DNA from: Alphaproteobacteria bacterium
Lineage (GTDB): Bacteria > Pseudomonadota > Alphaproteobacteria > SHVV01
Direction of reading: 5' to 3'
Assembly: GCA_965261735.1 (NCBI GenBank)
Contig: OZ253470.1
Coordinates: forward strand, 1,312,001 to 1,376,000
Length of the DNA stretch: 64,000 nucleotides
The notes under the pieces were generated by a model. That model worked only from the letters and a program-made list of their open reading frames with translations. It was not told the DNA's origin and made no database searches. The translations under genes and the position numbers were made by a program. Positions within the stretch are counted from its first letter, which is position 1. Each line of letters begins with the position of its first letter. Shown here in pieces: positions 11,784 through 22,572 of the stretch.

Positions 11784-13132
11784 TGGCCGGCGACCGTCAT
11801 GCCGTCGATACGCACCGTCGGCGAATCGACGCCGTAGCGGAACGAGAGATCGTCGGCGGCCGTGAGGCCGAGGAACATGTCCTTGAGGTTGCCGGCGATG
11901 GTGAGCTCGCTCACCGGGTAGGCGATCTCCCCGTTCTCGATCCAGAACCCACCGGCGCCGCGGCTGTAGTCGCCGGTGACGGGATTGACGCCGAAGCCGA
12001 TGAGCTCGGTCACGTAGAAGCCGCTCTCGATATCGGCGATCAGGGCCGCCGGTGTCACCTCACCGGGCTCGAGGTAGAGGTTGGTGGGCTGGGGCGAAGG
12101 CGGCGAGATCGTGCCGCGCGCCGCGTGCCCGGTGGTGGCGAGCCCGAGCTGACGGGCTGAGCTGCTCTCGAGCAGCCAGGTCGTCAGCCGGCCTTGCTCG
12201 ATCACGTTGCGCCGGCGGTTGGCGACGCCTTCGCCGTCACAGGGGCGCGAGGCGAGCCCGCGCGGCCGGTGCGGATCGTCGACGATCGTCACGTGGGAGG
12301 AAAAGACGGCCTCGCCGAGACGGTCTCTCAGGAAGCTCGTGCCGCGCGCCACCGACGGGCCCGATATCGCGCCGGCCAGGTGACGCAGCAGGCCGCCCGC
12401 GACCCTGGGCTCGAACACCACCGGCACCCGAGCGCTCGCCATGCGGCGCGCACCGAGCCGCCGCACGGCGCGTTCGCCGGCCGAGCGGCCCACACTTTGC
12501 GGATCCTCGAGGTCGCTCGCGAAACGGGCGCCGGCATAATCGTAGTCGCTCTCCATCGCGGTACCCTCGCCGGCGATCACCGAGGCGCTGATCGAGTGGC
12601 GCGAGGTCGTGTAGCTGCCGGCGAAGCCGTTGCTCGCGACCAGCGTCGCGGTCGATGTCGCCCAGCCGGCGCCGGCGCCCTCGGAGTTGGTGACGCCGGC
12701 AACGGCCAGCGCGGCGTCCTCGGTCCGGGCCGCCAGCTCGAATAGGGTCTCGGCCGCGGGCTCCTCGGCGTCCCATAGGTCGAGGTCGACGAGTTCGGCC
12801 GCCAGCAGCTCGGGGTCGGCGAGGCCGCAGTACGGATCCTCGGGGGCGCTGCGCGCCATGGCGAGCGCGCGCTCGACGAGGTCAGCAAGCGCGGCCGCGC
12901 CCGTGTCGCTCGAGGAGACCATCGCCTGGCGCTTGCCGATAAGCGCGCGCAGGCCGACATCGCTCGATTCGGAGCGCTCGAGGTCCTCGCGCTTGCCGAG
13001 CCGCTGCGATACCGACAGCGACGCGCCCCCGACCATCACCGCGTCCGCAGCATCGGCGCCGGCGGCCTTCGTTTGCGCGACGAGATCGGACAACAGATCG
13101 AGGGCGTTGGCCCCGTTATCGGCGGGCGGCAT
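11780..13132 (-). CDS. pmbA: TldE/PmbA metalloprotease subunit
   Basis: GTSFL, DGEGV, TGHA, GVNPVTGDYSRGAGGFWIENGE, TIAGNL. Confidence 0.92.
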   Translation of the reverse strand: MPPADNGANALDLLSDLVAQTKAAGADAADAVMVGGASLSVSQRLGKREDLERSESSDVGLRALIGKRQAMVSSSDTGAAALADLVERALAMARSAPEDPYCGLADPELLAAELVDLDLWDAEEPAAETLFELAARTEDAALAVAGVTNSEGAGAGWATSTATLVASNGFAGSYTTSRHSISASVIAGEGTAMESDYDYAGARFASDLEDPQSVGRSAGERAVRRLGARRMASARVPVVFEPRVAGGLLRHLAGAISGPSVARGTSFLRDRLGEAVFSSHVTIVDDPHRPRGLASRPCDGEGVANRRRNVIEQGRLTTWLLESSSARQLGLATTGHAARGTISPPSPQPTNLYLEPGEVTPAALIADIESGFYVTELIGFGVNPVTGDYSRGAGGFWIENGEIAYPVSELTIAGNLKDMFLGLTAADDLSFRYGVDSPTVRIDGMTVAGQ

Positions 13133-13236
13133 GGTTCGTGCTCCTCGTGCGAAGGATCATGGTGGCGGCGGTCTCGCGCAGGCCCTCTATATAAGCGCGG
13201 CGGCGCAGCAGCGCTACCCGCGGGGCGTGCTGCCCC

Positions 13237-13692
13237 TCACAGGACGAGTTGCAGGAGCGGCAGTAGGCGCCCGGGCTCGGTGCCCGAGGGAACCTCGCCC
13301 ACGCGCTTTGCTCCCATGCGCAGGTAGAAGGCCTCGGCGTTGGGATCGGACTCGATGCGCAAGGTGGTTGCACCGTGGCGCTTGGCTTCGGCGGTGGCGT
13401 GGGCCATGAGCGCGGCGCCGACACCCGAGCCGATGTGGCGCGGCTCGACGAACATGTAAGCGAGCCCAAGCTCGGGCGCCTCGTATTCGAGGCCGTAGAA
13501 GCCGACGACGGCCCCGTCGCGCTCGGCGACGAACGTGCGGCCGAGCGCAAGGTCGATCGCGCGCACCGTAAGCTCGCGCTCGGCCCGCTCGAGAAAGCCC
13601 GGGTCATACCCCCAGTGCGCCTTCGAGCGCAGCGCGACGTCGCTAAGGCCGCGCGCCTCCTCCGGCCGGGCGCGCCGTATCGTTACGTCCAC
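13237..13692 (-). CDS. GNAT N-acetyltransferase
   Basis: SKAHWGY, FVEPRHIGSGVG acetyl-CoA motif, SDPNAEAFYLRMGA. Confidence 0.88.
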   Translation of the reverse strand: MDVTIRRARPEEARGLSDVALRSKAHWGYDPGFLERAERELTVRAIDLALGRTFVAERDGAVVGFYGLEYEAPELGLAYMFVEPRHIGSGVGAALMAHATAEAKRHGATTLRIESDPNAEAFYLRMGAKRVGEVPSGTEPGRLLPLLQLVL

Positions 13693-13762
13693 GGGGCGAT
13701 ACCACTAATATGACGGCTCATATCATCGGGCGAGACGACGACACTGGGTCAGGTCCAGTTTC

Positions 13763-14149
13763 ATGTCCGACGTCCGTGCCTCGTAATTGTATTGCGCGAC
13801 GCTATGCATTCCTATCCGAGTGGCGCCGAGGGCCGCGCGCCCTTTGCCGGAGCGCGAGACGATGACCTCACCGAAAGATATCGTCGCCGGCATCGCCGGC
13901 TTTTTCGCCGCCTTCCCCGACAGTTACACGGAGATCGTCAATGTGCTGGGCGATGGCGAATGGGCGGCGCTTGAATGGCGCGGCGGCGGCACCCACCTCG
14001 GCGACTTCGCCGGCGTCGCCGCTACCGGTAGAACCTTCGAGCTGCGCGGGTGCGGTTTCTTCCGCATTCCGGCGGCCGCCGTCGTTTGCCAGCGCGGCTA
14101 TTGGGACAAGGTAGCTTGGTTCGGCCAGCTCGGGCTGCCACTCGACTAG
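13763..14149 (+). pseudogene. SnoaL-like/ester cyclase (NTF2 fold) with degraded N-terminus; intact part starts at 13862
   Basis: FFAAFPD, GEWAALEWRGGGTHLGDF..ATGRTFELRGCGFF, RGYWD. The upstream MSDVRAS is cut by an in-frame TAA at 13784-13786. Confidence 0.5.
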
Positions 14150-14179
14150 AGGGCTGCGCCCGCCGGTCGGGCCGTATCG

Positions 14180-15688
14180 TCACTTCCATATCGGCTTGCC
14201 GGCGCCGGGCAGGCCGAGGCGCGGCCATTTCTCGGTCACCGTCTCGATGACCGCGTCCGACATGCGGATCTTGCGGCCCCATTCGCGGCTCGTCTCGGGC
14301 GCCATCTTATTGGTGGCGTCGAGGCCGATCTTGCCGCCGAGGCCGGACTCGGGGCTCGCGAAGTCGAGGTAGTCGATTGGCGTGCGCTCGATCACGGTGA
14401 TGTCGCGCGCCGGGTCCATGCGCGTTGCGATCGCCCACATCACGTCCTTCCAGTCGCGGGCATCGATATCGTCATCGACCACGATCACCCACTTCGCGTA
14501 CATGAACTGCGCGAGCGCCGACCACACGCCCATCATCACCCGCTTGGCCTGGCCCGGATAGGCCTTGCGGATGGCCACGACCGCGATGCGGTAGGAGCAG
14601 CCCTCGGGCGGCAGGTAGAAGTCGACGATCTCTGGGAATTGGCGCGTAAGCAGCGGTACGAAGACCTCGTTCAACCCCTCGGCGAGGATCGAGGGCTCGT
14701 CGGGCGGGCGGCCGGTGAAGGTCGAGAGGTAGATGGGATCGCGGCGCATGGTGATGGCGCTCAACGTGAAGACCGGGAAGCGCTCGACCGCGTTGTAGTA
14801 GCCCGTGTGGTCGCCGAAGGGACCCTCGTCGCCGTAATCGTCGAGCGAGACGTGCCCTTCGAGCACGATCTCGGCTTCGGCCGGCACCTTGAGCGGCACC
14901 GTCTTGCAATCGACGAGGGTGACCTTCTTGCCGCGCACGAGGCCGGCGAAGTGGTACTCGGACAGGGTCTCGGGCACCGGCGTCACCGCGGCGATGATGG
15001 TCCCGGGATCGGCACCGATGACGGCCGCCGCCGGCAGCGGATCACGCCGCTCGGCGCCCCACCGGCGGTGGTGCGCCGCACCGCCGCGGTGCTTCAGCCA
15101 GCGCATCAACGTGGTGTCGCGCCCGGTGACCTGCATGCGGTAAACGCCGAGGTTGTAATCGGTCGTCTTGGTGCTGTCGGGCGCGCGCGTCACCACCAGC
15201 GGCCAAGTGATGAGCGGCGCCGGCTCATCGGGCCAGCAGGTTTGCACCGGCAGGCGCGTAAGGTCTATGTCGGCGCCTTGTAGCACCGTCTCCTGGCACG
15301 GTGCGGCCGAGACGGTGCGCGGCGCCATCGTCAGCACGGTGCGTGCGAGCGGCACCATCCCCAGCGCTTCGCGCATGCCGGCCGGGGGCTCGGGGTGGCG
15401 CAGGGCGGCGAGCATCTCGCCGAGCGCGCGCAGGTCCTTGGGCTCGCGGTCCATACCGGCGGCAACGCGCTCGATGCTGCCGAACAAATTGACGAGCACC
15501 GGCATCGGGCTCGGCGCGCCGTCGGCCATCAGGGGCTGCTCGAACAGCACGGCGGGCCCGCGCTCGGCCAGCAGCCGGGTCTGGATCTCGGTGATCTCGT
15601 GCACCGTCGATACCGGCTCGGCGACGCGTACCAAATCGCCCGCGCGCTCCAGTCGGGCCATGAAGTCGCGCAAGGAGGCGTAGGGCAT
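14180..15688 (-). CDS. ubiD: UbiD family (3-polyprenyl-4-hydroxybenzoate) decarboxylase
   Basis: MPYASLRDF, YNLGVYRMQV, EGPFGDHTGYY, GRPPDEP, IDYLDFASP, GLDAT. Confidence 0.95.
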   Translation of the reverse strand: MPYASLRDFMARLERAGDLVRVAEPVSTVHEITEIQTRLLAERGPAVLFEQPLMADGAPSPMPVLVNLFGSIERVAAGMDREPKDLRALGEMLAALRHPEPPAGMREALGMVPLARTVLTMAPRTVSAAPCQETVLQGADIDLTRLPVQTCWPDEPAPLITWPLVVTRAPDSTKTTDYNLGVYRMQVTGRDTTLMRWLKHRGGAAHHRRWGAERRDPLPAAAVIGADPGTIIAAVTPVPETLSEYHFAGLVRGKKVTLVDCKTVPLKVPAEAEIVLEGHVSLDDYGDEGPFGDHTGYYNAVERFPVFTLSAITMRRDPIYLSTFTGRPPDEPSILAEGLNEVFVPLLTRQFPEIVDFYLPPEGCSYRIAVVAIRKAYPGQAKRVMMGVWSALAQFMYAKWVIVVDDDIDARDWKDVMWAIATRMDPARDITVIERTPIDYLDFASPESGLGGKIGLDATNKMAPETSREWGRKIRMSDAVIETVTEKWPRLGLPGAGKPIWK

Positions 15689-15803
15689 GGAGGGCTTCGG
15701 ACGGGGCCGCGCGGTGCGGGAAGGGATGAGTATATACGCTCGCCGGCGAGGCGCGGAAGGGCGGCTGGCGGTGGCCGCCGGTGCCGGATATGTTGGCTCC
15801 GCC

Positions 15804-16673
15804 ATGGCCTCCGACCGCCGCGCCGAGCTCACGCTCGCCAAGTCCTATCCGCACGACCCGCCCGCGCACTCGTTCCTGTACGCGGGCGGCGCCGCGTGGG
15901 AGATCGTCGAGCCCGGCGCCGATGGCCTCGACGGCGCCACGGTGCGCGCGGACGGGCAGGTGATGCCGGCGACGCAGGCGCTGGCGGCGCACGGTATCGC
16001 GGCCGCCCCGATGGCCGAGCGCACGGCGGTCATCGCGCACGGCTCCAATGCCTCGCCGGCACGGCTCGAGCGCAAGTTCGCAGACCTCGCGGGCGATACC
16101 GTGTTCCCCGTGATCCGCGCCGATCTCGACGACCACGACGTGGTCTACTCGTCACACTTCTCGCGCACCGGATCGATCCCGGCAACGCTCGCCGCCTCGC
16201 CCGCGACCCGCGTTACCGTGGCCATCACCTATCTCACCGCGGGGCAGCTCGCGCGCATGCACGAGACGGAGTTGGGCCGGCCGGGCCAGGCCGGCAACTA
16301 CCACTATGCACGCCTGTACGGCATTCGGCTCGAACCCCGCGGGCTCGCCGCGCTCGACGCCGCGCACGTTTATTTGTCGCGCCACGGCATGCTCGGCGTC
16401 GATTCGGCACCCGTGGCGCTCGCGGCGTTGGCAGCTTTGGGGCGGCGCTACCCGGCGGCCACGCCCGCCGAGCTGCTGCCTGGGGTATGCGACCGGCTCG
16501 CCCGCGGCCGCGCCATCGACGATCTGCTGCGCGAGATCATCGACGATGCCGGCTACCGAAAGGCGTGCAACGAGCGCCTGCGGGCAGCCGCCCTGGCCCC
16601 GAGCGTGGAGCGCGTCGAGTGGGTCGAGCCGGCGCCGGCGCCGGACAAGGTGGCCAGCGCGCCTAGGCGGTGA
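15804..16673 (+). CDS. conserved hypothetical protein, possible gamma-glutamylcyclotransferase-like fold
   Basis: Plausible codon usage; AVIAHGSNASP resembles the YGSN motif; MHETE. Confidence 0.6.
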   Translation: MASDRRAELTLAKSYPHDPPAHSFLYAGGAAWEIVEPGADGLDGATVRADGQVMPATQALAAHGIAAAPMAERTAVIAHGSNASPARLERKFADLAGDTVFPVIRADLDDHDVVYSSHFSRTGSIPATLAASPATRVTVAITYLTAGQLARMHETELGRPGQAGNYHYARLYGIRLEPRGLAALDAAHVYLSRHGMLGVDSAPVALAALAALGRRYPAATPAELLPGVCDRLARGRAIDDLLREIIDDAGYRKACNERLRAAALAPSVERVEWVEPAPAPDKVASAPRR

Positions 16674-17637
16674 CGCTGCCGGCGACGAGGCTCGCGAAGA
16701 CGATCCAGCCGAAGTTCCGGTTGCTGCGGAAGACGGCCAGGCAGTTGGCCGCATCGTCGATGCGCACGCGCCGGACCTGCCAGGCGAGGTGGGCTGCGGC
16801 GAGCACGAGCCCGGCATAGAAGGGCCAGCCGATGCCCGCGAGCCAGCCGGCGAGCGCCATACCCGCTACGGTCACGCTATAGAAGGCACCGAGCCAGGGG
16901 CGCGTGCGTTCGCCGAGCAGGATCGCCGAGGATTTGACGCCGACGAGGGCGTCGTCCTCCTTGTCCTGATGGGCGTAGATGGTGTCGTAGCCGAGCGTCC
17001 AGCCGATGCCGGCGACGTAGAGGGCGAACGGGGCGGCCGCGAACCCCCCCGTGACCGCGGCCCAGCCGAGTAGTGCACCCCAGTTGAAGGCGATGCCGAG
17101 GAAAGCCTGGGGCCAATGCGTGAAGCGTTTGGCGAAGGGGTAGACGAAGGCCGGGAGCAGCGCGGCAATGCCGAGCCACACGGCGAAGCGGTTGAGCCCG
17201 AGGAGTATCACAAGGCCCGCGAGCCCGAGCGCGACCATGAAGGCCAAGGCGCGAGCCAGGCTCACCTGGCCGGCGGCGATCGGGCGCGACCGGGTTCGGG
17301 CGACGCGCGCATCGAGGTCGCGATCGCGGATGTCGTTCCAGGTGCAGCCGGCGGCGCGCATCACCAGCGCGCCGATTCCGAACAGGGCGAACAGCACCGG
17401 GTCGGGCCAGCCGCCGCCGAGCCAGCCCGTGGGCGCCCAGCCGGGCCGCGCGGCATCGACCGCGTGAGGCGCGGCGAGCGCGAGGCTCCACCAGCACGGC
17501 CACAACAGCAGCCAGGTGCCGATCGGCCGGTCGATGCGTGCGAGCTTGAGGTAGGGGCGCCCGCCCGCCGGCGCGTGGCGATCGATCCAATGGTTGGCCG
17601 GCATGTCGCCGGTGACGGGGGGAACGGCGTCGGACAT
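16663..17637 (-). CDS. ubiA: 4-hydroxybenzoate polyprenyltransferase
   Basis: RIDRPIGTWLL, AGCTWNDIRDRDLD, RTRSRP, YDTIYAHQDKEDD. Confidence 0.95.
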   Translation of the reverse strand: MSDAVPPVTGDMPANHWIDRHAPAGGRPYLKLARIDRPIGTWLLLWPCWWSLALAAPHAVDAARPGWAPTGWLGGGWPDPVLFALFGIGALVMRAAGCTWNDIRDRDLDARVARTRSRPIAAGQVSLARALAFMVALGLAGLVILLGLNRFAVWLGIAALLPAFVYPFAKRFTHWPQAFLGIAFNWGALLGWAAVTGGFAAAPFALYVAGIGWTLGYDTIYAHQDKEDDALVGVKSSAILLGERTRPWLGAFYSVTVAGMALAGWLAGIGWPFYAGLVLAAAHLAWQVRRVRIDDAANCLAVFRSNRNFGWIVFASLVAGSVTA

Positions 17638-17692
17638 ACTGGTGGACTTAACCGCAGCCCCCTAGGTACTTCAAGCACCGCGATCCGTTTCC

Positions 17693-18463
17693 ATGCCCGT
17701 GCTCCCGCCCAAGCTACGTCTGTTCGTCGAGGGCGATCTGTTCGACGGCGCCGACATCGACCTCGACCGCGCCCGCGCCCACTACCTGCGCAACGTGATG
17801 CGGCGCCGCGCGGGCGAGGCGCTGGCCCTGTTCAACGGCCGCGACGGTGAGTGGCGCGCGATGATCGCCGCCACGCGCGGTGAGGGTTGCCGGCTGCGCG
17901 TCGAGGCGCGGCTGCGCGAACAGGTGCCGGGGAGCGACCTGTGGCTCGTGTTCGCGCCCGTCAAGGGCGCGCGCCTCGCCTATCTCGCCGAAAAGGCAAC
18001 CGAGCTCGGCGTTGCCGCACTTGTGCCGGTGCTTACCCAGCACGCCTCGGTGCGCCGCCTCAATCCGGCGCGCCTTCGGGCCCAGGCGGTCGAGGCCGCC
18101 GAGCAGTGCGGCCGCCTCGATGCGCCCGAGGTCGCGGCGATGGCGCCGCTCGCCGACCGGCTCGCGAACTGGCCGCCCGACCGGCGCCTGCTGTTCTGCG
18201 ATGAGTCGGGTGGTGGTGCGCCGGCGGCGCAGGTTTTCGCGCGCCTGACCGGGGACGCGTCGCGCCGGCCCTGGGCGCTACTCGTGGGTCCCGAGGGCGG
18301 GTTCGCGAGAGCCGAAGCGGAGGCGGTCCGCGCGCATGCGTTCGTCGAGCCGATAGGACTGGGGCCGCGCCTCCTGCGCGCCGAGACCGCCGCGATCGCC
18401 GCCCTTGCGCTGTGGCAAGCCCACCTCGGCGATTGGCGCGAGGCGCCGGGCACGCCCGCCTGA
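17693..18463 (+). CDS. rsmE: 16S rRNA m3U1498 methyltransferase
   Basis: [39 protein letters not shown]. Confidence 0.95.
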   Translation: MPVLPPKLRLFVEGDLFDGADIDLDRARAHYLRNVMRRRAGEALALFNGRDGEWRAMIAATRGEGCRLRVEARLREQVPGSDLWLVFAPVKGARLAYLAEKATELGVAALVPVLTQHASVRRLNPARLRAQAVEAAEQCGRLDAPEVAAMAPLADRLANWPPDRRLLFCDESGGGAPAAQVFARLTGDASRRPWALLVGPEGGFARAEAEAVRAHAFVEPIGLGPRLLRAETAAIAALALWQAHLGDWREAPGTPA

Positions 18464-18582
18464 CGCGCGCCACGCGGGGCTTGCGGAGGACCCCTTATCG
18501 TGAGATTTGTTCGTGCGTAGACTTGGGGTGCGCCGGGTTTGTCGCGGCGCCGCTGATCCACTCCCGGCGAATCGAGGCCGCC

Positions 18583-19947
18583 ATGTTAGGACCCGTCCCG
18601 GCCCCGGCGACGACGCCGGTCACGACCAAGGCCGAGCTCGTCGAATATCTCGAATCGGGATGCCGACCGGCGTCGGAGTGGCGCATCGGCACCGAGCACG
18701 AGAAGTTCGGCTATCGCCTGGCCGACCTCAGGCCCCTTACGTACGAGGGTGCGCAGGGCATACGCGCGGTGCTCGAGGCGCTGGCAGGCCCGGGCTGGGA
18801 GCCGCGCAGCGAGGGCGGCCATGTCATCGCGCTCGCCCTCGACGATCAGGCCGTGACCCTCGAGCCCGGCGGTCAGCTCGAGCTATCGGGCGCGCCGCTC
18901 GCCACCCTGCACCAGACCTGCGACGAGGTGCACACGCACCTCGACCAGCTCAAGACCGTCGGTGACGCGCTCGGCGTCGCGTTCGTGGGTGTCGGCTTCA
19001 ACCCGAAATGGACGCTCGCCGACATGCCGGTTATGCCCAAGGCGCGCTACGGAATCATGCGCCGCTACATGCCGAGCCGCGGCCGGCTCGGGCTCGACAT
19101 GATGTTTCGCACCTGCACCGTTCAGGCCAATCTCGACTTCGCGAGCGAGGCCGACATGGTCAAGAAGTTCCGCGTCGGCCTGGCGCTGCAGCCGATCGCG
19201 ACGGCGCTGTTCGCCAACTCGCCGTTCACGGAGGGACGGCCCAACGGCTACCTGAGCTATCGCAGCCACATCTGGACCGATACCGACCCCGACCGCTGCG
19301 GCGACCTGCCGTTCGTCTTCGAGGACGGCATGGGGTTCGAGCGCTACGCCGACTACGTGCTCGACGCGCCCATGTACTTCGTCTACCGCGACGGCTACGT
19401 CGATGCGGCCGGCCAATCGTTCCGCGACTTCCTCGATGGCCGCCTCCCGGCGCTCCTCGGCGCGCTGCCCGGCATGCGCGACTGGGAGGATCACCTGACG
19501 ACCGTGTTCCCCGAGGTCCGCCTCAAACGCTACCTCGAGATGCGCGGGGCCGACGGTGGACCGTGGCGCCGCCTGTGCGCCCTGCCCGCGCTGTGGACCG
19601 GCCTGCTCTATGACGGCTCGGGCCTCGATGCCGCGTGGGACCTGGTCAAGGACTGGAGTCCCGAGGAGCGCGCGGAGCTCCGCGCCGAGGTGCCGCGTAC
19701 CGGCTTGGCCACGCGCCTACGCGACCGTACCGTCAAGGAGATCGCCGGCGAGGCGGTCGCGATCGCCGAGGAGGCGCTGCGGCGGCGTGCGGGGGTCGAT
19801 CGCTTCGGCGACGACGAGGCGCACTTCCTCGATCCGATCCGGGCGACGCTCGATTCGGGCAAGACGCCGGCCGAAGAGCTTCTCGACGCGTACCACGGGC
19901 GCTGGGCCGGTAGCGTCGATCCCCTGTTCGCCGAGCACCAGTACTGA
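18583..19947 (+). CDS. gshA: glutamate-cysteine ligase (alphaproteobacterial/plant type)
   Basis: [55 protein letters not shown]. Confidence 0.95.
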   Translation: MLGPVPAPATTPVTTKAELVEYLESGCRPASEWRIGTEHEKFGYRLADLRPLTYEGAQGIRAVLEALAGPGWEPRSEGGHVIALALDDQAVTLEPGGQLELSGAPLATLHQTCDEVHTHLDQLKTVGDALGVAFVGVGFNPKWTLADMPVMPKARYGIMRRYMPSRGRLGLDMMFRTCTVQANLDFASEADMVKKFRVGLALQPIATALFANSPFTEGRPNGYLSYRSHIWTDTDPDRCGDLPFVFEDGMGFERYADYVLDAPMYFVYRDGYVDAAGQSFRDFLDGRLPALLGALPGMRDWEDHLTTVFPEVRLKRYLEMRGADGGPWRRLCALPALWTGLLYDGSGLDAAWDLVKDWSPEERAELRAEVPRTGLATRLRDRTVKEIAGEAVAIAEEALRRRAGVDRFGDDEAHFLDPIRATLDSGKTPAEELLDAYHGRWAGSVDPLFAEHQY

Positions 19948-20020
19948 TGCACGGACGCCCCGACCGGCCGCCTGGAGGTGCCGAAGGGGGCATCGCGGGC
20001 TCACCGGAGCGCGTCGCCGC

Positions 20021-20071
20021 GCGACCGCACCATAATGGCGACCGCGCCATGATGGCGGCCGCGCCATGATG
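20021..20071 (+). repeat. three tandem 17-bp units overlapping the antiporter start codon
   Basis: GCGACCGCACCATAATG / GCGACCGCGCCATGATG / GCGGCCGCGCCATGATG read directly. Confidence 0.85.
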
Positions 20072-21043
20072 TATCTCCAGGTCGCGGGCGGGCTCGTCCT
20101 CCTGCTCGGGGGTGGCGACCTTCTCGTCCGCGGCGGTGTCGCCGTGGCCCGCCGCCTGCGTGTTTCGCCGCTCGTCATCGGCATCACCTTCGTTGGGTTC
20201 GGCACGTCTACGCCGGAACTCATGGCCAGCCTCAATGCGGCGCTGTCCGGGGTACCGGCGATCGCCGTCGGCAATATCGTCGGCAGCAACATCGCCAACA
20301 TTCTGCTGGTGCTCGGCGTCGCCGCCCTGCTGTGGCCCATGGCCTGCACGCGAGAAGCCTTCCTGCGCGACGGCTCGATGTTGGTCGTGGCCAGCATCCT
20401 CATGGTGATGATCTGCCACACCGGCACGATCACCCGCGTCGCCGGTTTCTTCTTCGTCGCCCTGCTCGGCGGCTATCTCGTCTTTACCTACCGCGCCGAG
20501 CGCGAGGCCCCGGACGCGGGCGCGCGCATGCACGAAGCCGAGGCGGAATCGGTGGCGCCGCTACCGGGAAAGCTCTGGGTCGGCTTCGCGGTCGGCTTGG
20601 GCGGGCTCGCCGCAGTCCTGATTGGCGCCCACCTGCTCATCGGCGGCGCGGTCGACGTCGCGCGCGCGAGCGGCGTCTCGGAGAGCGTGATCGGCCTCAC
20701 GCTCGTCGCCATCGGCACCTCGCTGCCCGAGCTCGCGACCGCGGTCGCGGCCGGGATACGGCGTCAGACCGACGTTGCGTTCGGCAACATCCTCGGCAGC
20801 AACATCTTCAACATCTTCGGCATCGCCGGGGTCACTGCGCTGGTGCACCCGTTGCCGATCGAACAGGTGATCATGAACCTCGACATCTGGGTGATGCTCG
20901 GCGCGGCGCTGGTGCTGGTCCTGATCGCAGTCACCGGTTGGCGCATCAGTCGCTGGGAGGGCGGTGCGCTGCTCGCCGGCTACGGCGTCTACATTTGGGC
21001 CCAGTTCTCGCCCGCCGCCCGCGCCGTCTTCGCCATGGGTTGA
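20066..21043 (+). CDS. calcium/sodium antiporter (YrbG family)
   Basis: Two alpha-repeats: GTSTPE...GNIVGSNIAN and GTSLPE...GNILGSNIFN. Confidence 0.92.
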   Translation: MMYLQVAGGLVLLLGGGDLLVRGGVAVARRLRVSPLVIGITFVGFGTSTPELMASLNAALSGVPAIAVGNIVGSNIANILLVLGVAALLWPMACTREAFLRDGSMLVVASILMVMICHTGTITRVAGFFFVALLGGYLVFTYRAEREAPDAGARMHEAEAESVAPLPGKLWVGFAVGLGGLAAVLIGAHLLIGGAVDVARASGVSESVIGLTLVAIGTSLPELATAVAAGIRRQTDVAFGNILGSNIFNIFGIAGVTALVHPLPIEQVIMNLDIWVMLGAALVLVLIAVTGWRISRWEGGALLAGYGVYIWAQFSPAARAVFAMG

Positions 21044-21047
21044 GGGG

Positions 21048-22502
21048 CTAGCCCGCGTCGGTGCCGCCGACGGTGAGGCCGTCGACGCGTAGCGTGGGGA
21101 GGCCGACGCCGACCGGCACGCCCTGGCCGTTCTTGCCGCAGGTGCCGACGCCAGGATCGAGCGCCATGTCGTTGCCGATCGCGCTGACCCGCGTGAGCAC
21201 GTCGGGGCCGTTGCCGATGAGGCTCGCGCCCTTGAGCGGCGCGCCCAGCCGGCCGCCCTCGATGGCATAGGCCTCGGTGCAGCTGAACACGAACTTGCCC
21301 GAGGTGATGTCGACCTGGCCGCCGCCGAAATTGACCGCATAAAGTCCCTTGTCCACGTTGGCGATAATGTCCTCGGGTGTTTCCTCGCCGCTCAGCATGA
21401 AGGTGTTGGTCATGCGCGGCATCGGTCCGTGGGCGTAGCTCTGGCGGCGCCCGTTACCGGTCGCGGCCATGCCCATGAGGCGCGCATTCAGGCGGTCCTG
21501 GAGGTAGCCGGTCAGGATACCGTCCTCGATGAGCGCGGTGCGCGAGGTCGGCGTGCCCTCGTCGTCGATACTGAGCGAGCCGCGGCGGTCGGGCATGGTG
21601 CCGTCGTCGACGACGCTCACGCCCGCGGCGGCGACGCGCTTGCCCATGAGGCCCGCGAACGCCGAAGTCTTCTTGCGGTTGAAGTCGCCCTCGAGGCCAT
21701 GGCCGATGGCCTCGTGGAGCAGAATGCCGGGCCAGCCGGGACCGAGTACGACCGTCATTTCGCCCGCTGGCGCGGGCCGTGATTCGAGGTTGACCAGGGC
21801 CTGGCGCAGCGCCTCGTCGACCTGGGCCTGCCAGCTCTCCGGCGCCAGGTAGACGTCGTAGGCGGTGCGCCCGCCGACGCCGTGGCTGCCGCTCTCCTGG
21901 CGCTCGCCCGAGGCGGCGACGACGGCCACGTTGAGCCGCACCAGCGGGCGCACGTCGCCGATGCGGTGTCCGCCGGAGCGCAAGATCTCGACCACCTGCC
22001 AGGAGCCGGTGAGCGAGGCCGAGACTTGGCGCACGCGCGAATCCTTAGCCCGAGCATAGGCGTCGATGTCGGCCAGCAGCTTGACCTTGTCGGCAAAGTC
22101 AACGCTGGCGAGCGGGCTTTCATCGACGTAGAGGTGGCGGTTGGTGGCGGACGGCCCTTCGGCCCGGGTGCCGCTGTGGCCGGCGTGCACCGCGCCGACG
22201 GCGTCGGCGGCCCTGCGGATCGCCGCCTCGCTAAGCTCCGAGGCGTGGGCGTAGCCGGTCGCCTCGCCGGCGACCGAGCGCAGGCCGAAGCCCTGGGCGG
22301 TATCGAAGCTCGCCGCTTTGAGGCGCCCGTCATCGAAGGCGAAGCTCTCGCTCTGGCGGTATTCGAGGAACAGCTCGCCGTCATCGGCGTCCTTGAGCGC
22401 CTCCGACAGGATCGCATCGAGCCGGCCCGCGTCCAAGCCCGCACGGCTGAAGAACAACTCGTCGGCCCCCGGTTGGTGCGACGCTGGTGGCTTGCTGCTC
22501 AT
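21048..22502 (-). CDS. tldD: metalloprotease TldD
   Basis: LLHEAIGHGLEGD (HExxGH), DDEG, PRMTNT, GTCGKNGQ. Confidence 0.95.
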   Translation of the reverse strand: MSSKPPASHQPGADELFFSRAGLDAGRLDAILSEALKDADDGELFLEYRQSESFAFDDGRLKAASFDTAQGFGLRSVAGEATGYAHASELSEAAIRRAADAVGAVHAGHSGTRAEGPSATNRHLYVDESPLASVDFADKVKLLADIDAYARAKDSRVRQVSASLTGSWQVVEILRSGGHRIGDVRPLVRLNVAVVAASGERQESGSHGVGGRTAYDVYLAPESWQAQVDEALRQALVNLESRPAPAGEMTVVLGPGWPGILLHEAIGHGLEGDFNRKKTSAFAGLMGKRVAAAGVSVVDDGTMPDRRGSLSIDDEGTPTSRTALIEDGILTGYLQDRLNARLMGMAATGNGRRQSYAHGPMPRMTNTFMLSGEETPEDIIANVDKGLYAVNFGGGQVDITSGKFVFSCTEAYAIEGGRLGAPLKGASLIGNGPDVLTRVSAIGNDMALDPGVGTCGKNGQGVPVGVGLPTLRVDGLTVGGTDAG

Positions 22503-22572
22503 GGCTTTCTCCCGAGCTGATCGGCGAGGGGCGAAGCACACGGACGCGCGGAGCGGCCGTTACCCCACCCCA

